A DNA stretch of 64,000 nucleotides from an uncultured Candidatus Saccharibacteria bacterium (GTDB lineage: Bacteria > Patescibacteriota > Dojkabacteria > B142 > OLB20), in assembly GCA_964461915.1 (NCBI GenBank), contig CAYWVD010000001.1, forward strand, positions 26,211-90,210, in the 5' to 3' direction. Position 1 is the first letter of the stretch. Each line of letters starts with the position of its first letter. Positions 18,888 to 27,351 of the stretch are shown here, piece by piece. Below the pieces are notes generated by a model, which did not search any database, was not told where the DNA came from, and saw only the letters and a program-made list of their open reading frames with translations. Position numbers and translations under genes: made by a program.

Positions 18888-19592
18888 TTAAATTATTTGT
18901 TCAAGTCCCCCTACAAGAAATTCAGGATCATATCTATCAAATTGCGAATATCTTTTTTTATATCTATTTTTCAGATTTAATACATTTGCTCTAAATTCTG
19001 AATGAACCTTGTTAAAATTTCCAATAACTTTTTCATCATTAAAAACGAGTTTTGCATCTTCAATACTTAAATTAGTCTGTTGTGAATTTTCAAACCAGTA
19101 TGTTCTTTTGCTAATGGGGAAAGTTATTAACAATAAGCCACCTGGCTTTAAAAATTCCACACTTTTTTTATAAAGTTTTTCAATCATATTTTTTTGATTA
19201 TGTTCTATAGCAGATAACCAATAGATAATATCAACACTTTTGGGAGTGAACTTATCAAAATCTAAAAATTCAACAAAATAATCAGCATTCGTCACTCCTT
19301 CTTGGTGGCAATATCCTGTAGGTCGATCTAAACCGATAATTTTTATGCCTAATCTTTCTTCAACTGCAGAATGAAAGGGAGAATTACCGCAACCAATATC
19401 AAATATTATTGGGTCTTTAAGTTTATTTTTTTCTAAATATTTTTTCATTTTTGAATATAGCCAAACATGGTCAATGACATAATTCCAGCCAATCCAACAG
19501 TTTATATCTAAGTAATCCATCCCTTTTGTTTTAAAATATGCAATTAGTTCTTTATCTTTTGCAATATCTTTTGGATTGATTATTGTTATCAT
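18888..19592 (-). CDS. Class I SAM-dependent methyltransferase (probable sugar/glycan O-methyltransferase)
   Basis: Motif I IFDIGCGNSPF and motif post-I/II LKPGGLLLITFP. Convergent to the glycan operon. Confidence 0.65.
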   Translation of the reverse strand: MITIINPKDIAKDKELIAYFKTKGMDYLDINCWIGWNYVIDHVWLYSKMKKYLEKNKLKDPIIFDIGCGNSPFHSAVEERLGIKIIGLDRPTGYCHQEGVTNADYFVEFLDFDKFTPKSVDIIYWLSAIEHNQKNMIEKLYKKSVEFLKPGGLLLITFPISKRTYWFENSQQTNLSIEDAKLVFNDEKVIGNFNKVHSEFRANVLNLKNRYKKRYSQFDRYDPEFLVGGLEQII

Positions 19593-19609
19593 AAATTTTA
19601 AAAAATTTG

Positions 19610-20266
19610 TTAAATTAGTTTTTTTACTATTTCAAGATCGTTAGGCCAATCTATATCAATTGATTCGTATTCATCCATAATAAAAATATTAGGTTTTACT
19701 CCTATTCTAGCTTTTGTTTTTTCAAAGCTCGATTTTGAAAAAATATATATGCAAGAATTTTCTACATACAATGGATCTAAGTCCTGTGTCCTGATAAGTT
19801 TTTGAGGATCGTGATTAATAGGCTTAAGATTTTTATCGAAGAACCTTTTTTGATATGCATTTACGCTAAAAATTGAATCAAAACCTTTTTTAACAGATTC
19901 AAAATATTCCTTACAAGCATTTTCAAAAGTACTCAGTGTTACTAGTGGATTAGTTGCATGTGTTTGTAGAATTACGTCTTCTTCTATATCATCTAAACTT
20001 GAGTCAATAACATCATTCATTGATACAAAATCACCAATTACATTAGGATCCCTTTTTATCACTTTAACTAAGTTATTATTTTTGTAGTAATCAATGATTT
20101 TTTTACTATCAGTATTAACATAGATTTTACTAATTATTTTCGACTTGATTAAACGATCAATAAGGATGTTGTGTAATGGCTTGCCATTAATTAGTAAAAA
20201 ATTTTTATTAGGTACTCTTTCCGAATGTTCTTTAATAGGAATAAACACGGCAATATTTCTCAACAT
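19610..20266 (-). CDS. Acylneuraminate/CMP-sugar cytidylyltransferase family protein (CTP_transf_3)
   Basis: N-terminal IPIKEHSERVPNKN resembles the IPAR.GS.R.P.KN signature of NeuA/PseF/KdsB-type cytidylyltransferases. 218 aa. Confidence 0.6.
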   Translation of the reverse strand: MLRNIAVFIPIKEHSERVPNKNFLLINGKPLHNILIDRLIKSKIISKIYVNTDSKKIIDYYKNNNLVKVIKRDPNVIGDFVSMNDVIDSSLDDIEEDVILQTHATNPLVTLSTFENACKEYFESVKKGFDSIFSVNAYQKRFFDKNLKPINHDPQKLIRTQDLDPLYVENSCIYIFSKSSFEKTKARIGVKPNIFIMDEYESIDIDWPNDLEIVKKLI

Positions 20267-20323
20267 ATGTTCCGATTCTAATATTAATTAATACAATATA
20301 TTAACATATAAGAACAAAAGTTC

Positions 20324-23300
20324 TTAATGAAAAACATACATATTAATTTGGTTATTACCACGATCTAACATTGTAGCAAGGTCATCTAAATTGTCATTAT
20401 TAAAATCTCCTTGGACTAATCTCGGAGATCTAGTGGCATCCCAAGCAGACCTTGTAAAGAATCTTGATGCTACGAATGAATTATAATTATGGTTTTCATA
20501 TATTAAAACTCCCATGATTGAACCTCCATAATTGTATATAGTACCGATATCGCTTTTCAAATCCCCATTGAAATCTCCAGAAACTAATTGAGGAGATCTA
20601 GTGGCATCCCAAGAATATGAAGTGAAATATACTCTCCCAGTGAATGTTCTGTCCTGATTGTTGTCGAAAGAGATTAATCTCATTGCAGAACCGCCATAGT
20701 TGTACATTGTCCCAATGTCTTGATAGGTATCACCGTTAAAATCACCAGCTACTAATTGAGGAGATCTAGTGGCATCCCAAGCGTATGAGGTGAAATATGC
20801 TCTTCCTGTAAAGGTATCATCGCCATTATTCTCAAAGACCAATAACCTCATAGCTGATCCACCATAGTTGTACATAGTACCGATATCAATCCTCGTGTCA
20901 TTATTAAAGTCGCCAGAAATCAATTGAGGAGATCTTGTAGCATCCCAAGAATACGAAGTGAAATATGGTACTGCTGTAAAAGTACTATCTCCATTATTCT
21001 CAAAAACTAACAACCTCATAGCAGAACCACCATAGTTATACATTGTAGCGATATCAACTCTTTGGTCTCCATTAAAATCTCCAGAAACTAATTGTAAAGA
21101 TCTACTGGCATCCCAAGCTAGTGAAGTGAAGTAAGATACTGCGGTGAATGTATTGTCGCCATTATTTTCAAAGACAAGAAGTCTCATAGCGTTATTACCG
21201 TAGTTGTACATAGTAGCAACATCATCCACACCATCACTATTAAAGTCACCAGAAACTAACTGAGGAGATCTAGATGCATCCCATGAACTTGATGTGAAAG
21301 CTTCAATCTCTGAGAATGTAGTTCTTGGTAAAGATAAATACTCAAAACATTTAGAACATATAGATTCGTTATTGTTTGGATTGACATATTTAACATCAAC
21401 TATTCCTGTAGATGATGACGGAAGTTTTACTTCAACCGAGTTTTCACTTAAATATGTTATTCGAGTAGCTTGAGTATTTCCAAAATATATCTTTCCAGAT
21501 GTCTGTAGGTTATTACCTGATATTAATATTGAATCGCCACCAGTCTTATAGGCTGAGGTAGGAAAAATTTCAATTATTTGAGGTGTATCGTTATTACCAA
21601 TACTTTCAAATATATCGATGATACCATGCCCAGTATATATGTCATAACCAACATCTTTTGTATCGTTTGCATAGATATATAATCTATCTAAAATCTCTTG
21701 ATAAGACATTGTGGAATCAAAGCTTAACATCAAGGCCGCCTGTGCACTCACCTGAGGCGCAGCAAAGCTGGTTCCATAACCCATCATATAATTCCCGTTT
21801 ATAAGGAAAGATGTTGTTAGATCATCGTCTTGACCGCATCCATCATCATAGGTTCCTGGACCATTAACATCAGCAAAACAGCTGAATGTGGCTGCACCAA
21901 CGCCGGTTTCACCGTTTGAGCTACCAACAGGGGCGACAACGTCAAGTTCGGGGCCAAAGTTTGAGTAGTTGGCTTTATCTGTGCCGGCGTAGTTTGAGGC
22001 GCCGACGGCGATTACATTGTCGAGTGAGGCGGGGAAGAAAACAGCACCGTTGTTGTTGCCAGAGGCTCCGACTAGGACTATGCCTGCATTATGTGCTTCA
22101 TTAATTTTGGCTTCAAATAGGGGATCTCCCTCGTTGTAACCTCCAAAACTCATATTTATAACGTCGGCGCCATAATTTATGGCGTGGTCGAGTCCATTGA
22201 TAATGATCGAATCGTAGGTTGCACCTTTGTCATCACCCATCCAATCAATTTTTGGTAAAAAGATTTTTACTGGCATGATTTTGACAGTTGGTGCTATTCC
22301 TAGAATGTTATTTGGTGCATCACTATCGATTTGGGATGCTATGATTGATGTGACAAAAGTCCCATGTCCATCGTCATCATTTGCATGATTGATTTTTTCT
22401 AGTTCTGTAGCATTACAGGGATAACCTTGTCCGGCCCAAATATCGCACATAAACTCCCATGAAGGATCGTATCCATTTACAAAAGTTGTACTCTGTAAAT
22501 CTGAAATCACTCTATACGATCTATCAAATGCATCTTCTAAAGAATCCAAAGTATAAGTCTCATAAGCAACTCCTGTATCAAGAACCGCAACAGTTACATC
22601 TGCCGACCCTGTATGGCTGGCGGGAGTTGTGTTATTGAATAAATAATACCAAACTTCAGGAGCATTGATTTGTTCTAGATTCCAGTGGATTGAGTTGTTG
22701 TAATCGGCTGGAATTGAGCGACCATTAACCGGATCTTCTGTCCAGACAGCTTTTTGATATTTATAGTTTGGCTGAATTACAGCTTCTGGAGCCACAAGCT
22801 TAAGTTCGCGGATAGCTTGGTTCAATTGACTGGCTTCGAGTGTATACATAATGTAATCAGATTCTTCGGTGGTCTTGGCGAATCTTGAGGGGGGATTTCG
22901 AAGCTTGGTCTTGAGTTCTGGTGATAAATTATCGATATTCATTAAAATATTAGTTTCGAGTAAATCGGGATTGGCTCGGTTTGATCCGGTAAAGTATTCT
23001 TTTCCATCAACTAAAGAATTAATTGAGGCGATTTTATTATTTATTTCGGTGTTAGTTTGCTTTACAAGTCGGGCGTTATTAGCAATTGCGTCCATTAATG
23101 GATAGAAAGTATTACCCGGGCATGCCGTCTGACCAATATCTTTGTGGCCATATACACCTCCTGGGTTGTTACCATCGAATGAGGTTTTGTGAGTTAAATC
23201 AATATTATTAACCGCTGATAAATATGCCATCAATCGAATTAATGAATTTGTCGAAGCTTGTGTAGGTTGCTGATTTGTATAATTGCCAAGGATTGAAATC

Positions 23301-24193
23301 CCGATACTGCCCTCATTTGGTGGAGCATGGTTGCCTCTAACTCCATTGATTCCGGCTCTTCCTTCGTAGATGTTTCCATATGGGTCTATCAAGTAGTTAT
23401 ATCCAAAGTCTCCCCAATCGTTATCTATTGCGTGGTAACGCCAGATTGCTTTGACTGTGTTTACTGGATTAATCATATCGACTCCACCTGCTGTGTGATG
23501 AATTACGATTCTGTTTACTGGATAATATGGAGGAGTCCAGCCTGGTGCAAAGGTGCTATCTGCTGGTAAGCCCATATCTGCCCTTGTGATTATATTTAAA
23601 CCTGCTTGCTGGAAAAATCGTGTTTTGTAAACTGTGTTTGGGTCGGTTGAAATTGCTGTAAGTTTTTTAATAGAATCTAATCCTTGATCTTTTGATTCAA
23701 AATCATAATAAGAGATCTCAAAATTTCTTTCACCTTCGTAATAGAAGTCGATTTTTTTTATTCCGGCACTAAACAAATATTGTTCGGATAGGCCTTTAGT
23801 GGTTGGGTTCCCATCTCTATCTACTTGATCCTCGTTTACATTTAAAACATATTTATCGCTAACGCTATCATCAGATTTTGTGACTACAAAAGAAATCCCC
23901 TTTAGATCATCATTACTCTGCGCTTTCAATGTAAAGCCATACATTGCTTTTTCCGGCTGTAATGTTTTAGCAACGGATTCAACCACATTTAATTTTGATA
24001 TTTCAGTAGAATCAACGGCAACACTTTCAGCCTTAGGGTAAAATTCAGGCTCGCTCAATGCATCAGAACCAATCTTTTCAATATTTTGAAGATATTCATC
24101 ATTGCTTTTTTCGGCTTTCGAACCAGTTAGGGCAAATAAGAAAAGAAGAGAGGAGACAAAAATAGATAAAGAAATAAGTAGGGTCTTTTTCAT
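20324..24193 (-). CDS. Large secreted multidomain protein: signal peptide, PGRP-type N-acetylmuramoyl-L-alanine amidase (Amidase_2), subtilisin-like S8 peptidase, IPT/TIG, and six tandem FG-GAP-like repeats
   Basis: Signal peptide MKKTLLISLSIFVSSLLFLFALTGS. Amidase_2 Zn-site pattern IHHTAG...YGHKDIGQTACPG (about aa 222-365). S8 triad VLDTGV (D539), HGTFV (H610), GTSFAAPQVS (S808). C-terminal 6 x 56-aa repeats with a GDFN(G/N)D signature. 1289 aa. Confidence 0.85.
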   Translation of the reverse strand: MKKTLLISLSIFVSSLLFLFALTGSKAEKSNDEYLQNIEKIGSDALSEPEFYPKAESVAVDSTEISKLNVVESVAKTLQPEKAMYGFTLKAQSNDDLKGISFVVTKSDDSVSDKYVLNVNEDQVDRDGNPTTKGLSEQYLFSAGIKKIDFYYEGERNFEISYYDFESKDQGLDSIKKLTAISTDPNTVYKTRFFQQAGLNIITRADMGLPADSTFAPGWTPPYYPVNRIVIHHTAGGVDMINPVNTVKAIWRYHAIDNDWGDFGYNYLIDPYGNIYEGRAGINGVRGNHAPPNEGSIGISILGNYTNQQPTQASTNSLIRLMAYLSAVNNIDLTHKTSFDGNNPGGVYGHKDIGQTACPGNTFYPLMDAIANNARLVKQTNTEINNKIASINSLVDGKEYFTGSNRANPDLLETNILMNIDNLSPELKTKLRNPPSRFAKTTEESDYIMYTLEASQLNQAIRELKLVAPEAVIQPNYKYQKAVWTEDPVNGRSIPADYNNSIHWNLEQINAPEVWYYLFNNTTPASHTGSADVTVAVLDTGVAYETYTLDSLEDAFDRSYRVISDLQSTTFVNGYDPSWEFMCDIWAGQGYPCNATELEKINHANDDDGHGTFVTSIIASQIDSDAPNNILGIAPTVKIMPVKIFLPKIDWMGDDKGATYDSIIINGLDHAINYGADVINMSFGGYNEGDPLFEAKINEAHNAGIVLVGASGNNNGAVFFPASLDNVIAVGASNYAGTDKANYSNFGPELDVVAPVGSSNGETGVGAATFSCFADVNGPGTYDDGCGQDDDLTTSFLINGNYMMGYGTSFAAPQVSAQAALMLSFDSTMSYQEILDRLYIYANDTKDVGYDIYTGHGIIDIFESIGNNDTPQIIEIFPTSAYKTGGDSILISGNNLQTSGKIYFGNTQATRITYLSENSVEVKLPSSSTGIVDVKYVNPNNNESICSKCFEYLSLPRTTFSEIEAFTSSSWDASRSPQLVSGDFNSDGVDDVATMYNYGNNAMRLLVFENNGDNTFTAVSYFTSLAWDASRSLQLVSGDFNGDQRVDIATMYNYGGSAMRLLVFENNGDSTFTAVPYFTSYSWDATRSPQLISGDFNNDTRIDIGTMYNYGGSAMRLLVFENNGDDTFTGRAYFTSYAWDATRSPQLVAGDFNGDTYQDIGTMYNYGGSAMRLISFDNNQDRTFTGRVYFTSYSWDATRSPQLVSGDFNGDLKSDIGTIYNYGGSIMGVLIYENHNYNSFVASRFFTRSAWDATRSPRLVQGDFNNDNLDDLATMLDRGNNQINMYVFH
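20327..21298 (-). repeat. Six tandem about 168-bp coding repeats (one truncated), highly similar at the nucleotide level, encoding FG-GAP/VCBS-like beta-propeller blades
   Basis: The motif ggagatctagtggcatcccaag recurs at about 20418, 20590, 20760, 20928, 21098 and 21268, with period 168-170 nt, in frame within the large CDS. Confidence 0.85.
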
Positions 24194-24456
24194 TTAAGGC
24201 AATAAAAAGTTACAAATATATTGTATAGAATTCATCTATATTTGCAAAAAAAAACTTTTGGAATCTTCTTGACATAGCCTTAAATTTAATCTAACTTATA
24301 TTTGATAACTTTTTTACTGCGAGGAAGTTTATCAAGTCTGAATGTTTATTTAGTTGATAATCTTTAGACTTTAAAGCCAATGTGCGATTTTGTTCTTCGC
24401 TCTATTGGCTTTTTTTATATATTTTTCGCGTTGTTTTTACAAGCTCATTTTGCACT

Positions 24457-25035
24457 ATGGACTGTAAAAAATTTAATAATCTTCGTTTAATAACCGCTTT
24501 AACTTTATTCGTTTTGCTAATCAACTTTATTTCAATTGCGATCTTTATAAGGCCAGTTGAAGCTGATAACTTCCACGAAATTAGGATGGATATTGAGAAT
24601 TCGATTCAAGGACAAAAAACGGGAAAGCTTAAAATTTCCTTTATTCCTCAAAGTTCGGAGATTTTTAATAAAGGGATTTTGATCACTATTCCTGATGGAT
24701 TCAGCGATCTAAGCCTGAATAGCTCGGACTTTAAATTCTTTGTGAATGGGAAGCCTCTTATTGGATCAATTAATAGTTATGATCCATTTGTGGGGCAAAT
24801 TGAATATATAATTGAAGATCAAGGCATTAAGGATATTGATAGTCCTGAAATTTCGTTTGAGATAGATTCTGAAATGACGAATCCGATTTCTCCAAAGGAA
24901 TATTCTTTTAATGTTCAGATCTTTGATCTGGGTGAGGACAAGCTTTTTGGTGGATCTCAAGACATTTTAAAGGAAAACGGATCCGTTAAAGTGGACATCA
25001 TTAAAAACGATCTAGTTCTTCTTCCTGAATATTAA
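24457..25035 (+). CDS. Hypothetical membrane-anchored or secreted protein
   Basis: The ORF track begins at 24382. The more plausible start is the ATG at 24457, giving MDCKKFNNLRLITALTLFVLLINFISIAIFIRPVEA as a signal anchor. No recognisable domain. Confidence 0.4.
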   Translation: MDCKKFNNLRLITALTLFVLLINFISIAIFIRPVEADNFHEIRMDIENSIQGQKTGKLKISFIPQSSEIFNKGILITIPDGFSDLSLNSSDFKFFVNGKPLIGSINSYDPFVGQIEYIIEDQGIKDIDSPEISFEIDSEMTNPISPKEYSFNVQIFDLGEDKLFGGSQDILKENGSVKVDIIKNDLVLLPEY

Positions 25036-26232
25036 CTTCCCGATATGTAAATAGTAAAGATAGGCCATTAGTATGGTGTACACTCCTGCAATGATCCTTG
25101 AACTTAGGAATGGATTGTTTAGATGGTCGATAGGTAAGATCATTAGCACTTTTTCAAGATTCAAGAAATATATTAGCGATAATGCAATATATATGATCGG
25201 TTTTTTCTTAATGAATGCATAAGTAAAGATGAATAACATCGCTGGGTGAATATATCTTTCATGCATCTGAGTATTAAAAAAGAAAAAGTTGAAAAACAAA
25301 AGTCCTACAGTTAAACAGATGCTTGCGAAATCAGATTTTGTAAAAGTTGATGTCTTTTCCTTGATCATTTCCTTAATTACTTTAACGGATGGAATCAACG
25401 CTACAATGCTTGAAAGCCCAAAGGCGATGAACCCGATATTCCTTGCAGTGATCCCTAGATATGTAACATTGTCAGTCAACCATCTTGCCCCGGGCCCGGA
25501 GATCAAATACCAAGTATTGAATGCCTGAAGCGAAAGATAAGGAAAGAATCCAACTTGAGATGTTGCCACACTAATAATATCCCCGAGCTTATTCGTAAAG
25601 ATAAATGGAACAAAGATTACAAATTGAAGAATCAGAGCAGAGAATAGGATCTTTAAGATGAGTTTTGGAAGCTTGTAAATAAATGGTAGCAATAAAATTA
25701 GCAAGACCGGAGCAAATACAATTGATTGTAATTTAAAGTTCAAAGCCAGAATAAATGCCAGGACTGCAAAAGTGGGCTTCTCTTTTAGAATCAAAAAAGC
25801 CGATAAAAAAATGAAAAAACTATGGATTGCATCCACCTGACCCCAAAATAGGGTGTTATAAAAATAGCCAATATTTAAAAAAAGGAATAGTGGATTGATT
25901 ATTTTGATCTTAAAGTGCTTCAAACTCAAGTTAAGCAAGATCAAACCCCCAAAATCGAAGATCAGTGTAAAGATCTTCAATAGATGGATATTATCCAGAA
26001 CATCAGCAGTAGTTGCAAAAAGAGATTGAAAAAAATCCAAGAAATATATGTAAAGAGGGAAATAGTTAACATCTTTATGATCGTAAATATTCAAAAGCCC
26101 GCCTTCCCTAAGATGAATAAGCCAGTCCCCAAAGGTAAGCTCATCCCAGATGTAAAAGGATTGGGGTAAAACTATTACAAACAGTGCAAAAGCAATACAT
26201 ACAAAAAATATTATTGTTTTGTTTTTATTCAT
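25012..26232 (-). CDS. Polytopic membrane protein, putative GT-C type glycosyltransferase
   Basis: 406 aa with many TM helices, plus an N-terminal periplasmic-loop acidic motif (YIWDELTFGDW) reminiscent of the GT-C DxD/ExD loop. Family not resolved. Confidence 0.45.
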   Translation of the reverse strand: MNKNKTIIFFVCIAFALFVIVLPQSFYIWDELTFGDWLIHLREGGLLNIYDHKDVNYFPLYIYFLDFFQSLFATTADVLDNIHLLKIFTLIFDFGGLILLNLSLKHFKIKIINPLFLFLNIGYFYNTLFWGQVDAIHSFFIFLSAFLILKEKPTFAVLAFILALNFKLQSIVFAPVLLILLLPFIYKLPKLILKILFSALILQFVIFVPFIFTNKLGDIISVATSQVGFFPYLSLQAFNTWYLISGPGARWLTDNVTYLGITARNIGFIAFGLSSIVALIPSVKVIKEMIKEKTSTFTKSDFASICLTVGLLFFNFFFFNTQMHERYIHPAMLFIFTYAFIKKKPIIYIALSLIYFLNLEKVLMILPIDHLNNPFLSSRIIAGVYTILMAYLYYLHIGKLIFRKKN

Positions 26233-26325
26233 AAAGAAATTCTAACATTAATTATTTAGAGTTAAAATGGGATTGAAAATTAGCTAGAGGGGGTATATAA
26301 TCGATATATCTAAGTCTAATAAAAA

Positions 26326-27204
26326 ATGTCAATAGATAGGCTAGTACAAGAATTAAAAGGATATATTGATCCGGGATTAGACTTTGGGCCAACAACATTC
26401 CCATTAAGAGCTATACCAAGGGACATTCGTGATTCATTTTCAAAATATTTTGGGAATGAGGTTTTTGCGGCTCAGTATGATGATTCGTCAAGGATCGGAG
26501 AATTACTGGCTTGCAAACTCTTTACTTTACCTCGGAACGCCACTTTAGACTACTTAAGGTCCTTACGAATATGTGTTGGTTTACCTGCTGTAGATTCCTA
26601 TAGAAGAAGAAAATTATGTAGACATTTTAAAGATGGGGTTTGCGTTTTTAGTTCACCTCAACCAAATTTTCCGAACACTTTATTAAACACCCCAGAAACT
26701 AATCCGTATCCAAAACTTCCTAATCCACTCGCACAGGCATTATTAGAAGAAGGAAGGCAACAAAGGGCTATTAGAAATCGGGAAAACTTTAGGGAAAGAG
26801 CTCTCAAATTTAGATTATGGGCTTTTAGAGAAGAAACTGAGACAAGAGTGCAGAATTTTGATATCCCTGTTGCACCTTTACCTTTGAGTTTGTGGTTAAG
26901 ATACATTGCGGAAAATATTAATCAACCAAATTTTACTTTTGAAAGATCAAAAGTGTCTACAAAATTTAGTGTTTGCCCACATTGTAGAAACCCAGAATCT
27001 TGTAATGATTGTCTTGCTGGTATTCTATTGGGCGGGACTAATACATTGTTTGTTAAAGCAAACTATTCTAATTATTGCAGAAAATTTGAAGTTCCTAAAA
27101 AATTTGTACAATTTTTATCTGGATTTCAAGAAAAACCTCCTAACAATCTTAATTTTCTACGAGCAGTAGGTTCTCTTTTATCTTCCAATGTTCCAAGCAA
27201 TTAA
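26326..27204 (+). CDS. Hypothetical protein, P/R/F/L-rich with a C-terminal Cys cluster (CPHCRNPESCNDC)
   Basis: 292-aa ORF with no recognisable domain. Its composition differs from neighbouring genes. Flanked by a GT-C gene and nusA. Confidence 0.4.
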   Translation: MSIDRLVQELKGYIDPGLDFGPTTFPLRAIPRDIRDSFSKYFGNEVFAAQYDDSSRIGELLACKLFTLPRNATLDYLRSLRICVGLPAVDSYRRRKLCRHFKDGVCVFSSPQPNFPNTLLNTPETNPYPKLPNPLAQALLEEGRQQRAIRNRENFRERALKFRLWAFREETETRVQNFDIPVAPLPLSLWLRYIAENINQPNFTFERSKVSTKFSVCPHCRNPESCNDCLAGILLGGTNTLFVKANYSNYCRKFEVPKKFVQFLSGFQEKPPNNLNFLRAVGSLLSSNVPSN

Positions 27205-27231
27205 TATACTAAAAGTAGGCTATTTAAAATC

Positions 27232-27260
27232 TTGTTAAATCCGTCCTTTTTTGCTATTAT
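27232..27260 (+). promoter_or_regulatory. Candidate sigma70-type promoter for nusA-ylxR (TTGTTA, 17 nt spacer, TATTAT)
   Basis: -35 TTGTTA at 27232-27237 and -10 TATTAT at 27255-27260, about 90 nt upstream of the nusA ATG. Confidence 0.3.
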
Positions 27261-27351
27261 TCTAACTGATAAACATTTTGGTTGTTGTTAGAAGGTGGGC
27301 TTGCTAGCTCACTTTTTATTTTAATACACTTTATTTATTATTATTCAAATT

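Noticed and set aside
18888-19592. The SAM-dependent methyltransferases (18888..19592 and 45324..46094) as possible restriction-modification or defence components
   Set aside because: Their motifs are those of small-molecule/O-methyltransferase class I enzymes. They lack the DPPY/NPPY or C5-cytosine motifs and target-recognition domains of DNA methyltransferases, and no endonuclease partner is adjacent.
20327-21298. Regularly spaced, roughly 168-bp direct repeats that could superficially suggest a CRISPR-like array
   Set aside because: The units are contiguous with no unique spacers and are far longer than CRISPR repeats. They lie in frame inside a long ORF and encode recognisable FG-GAP-like blades.
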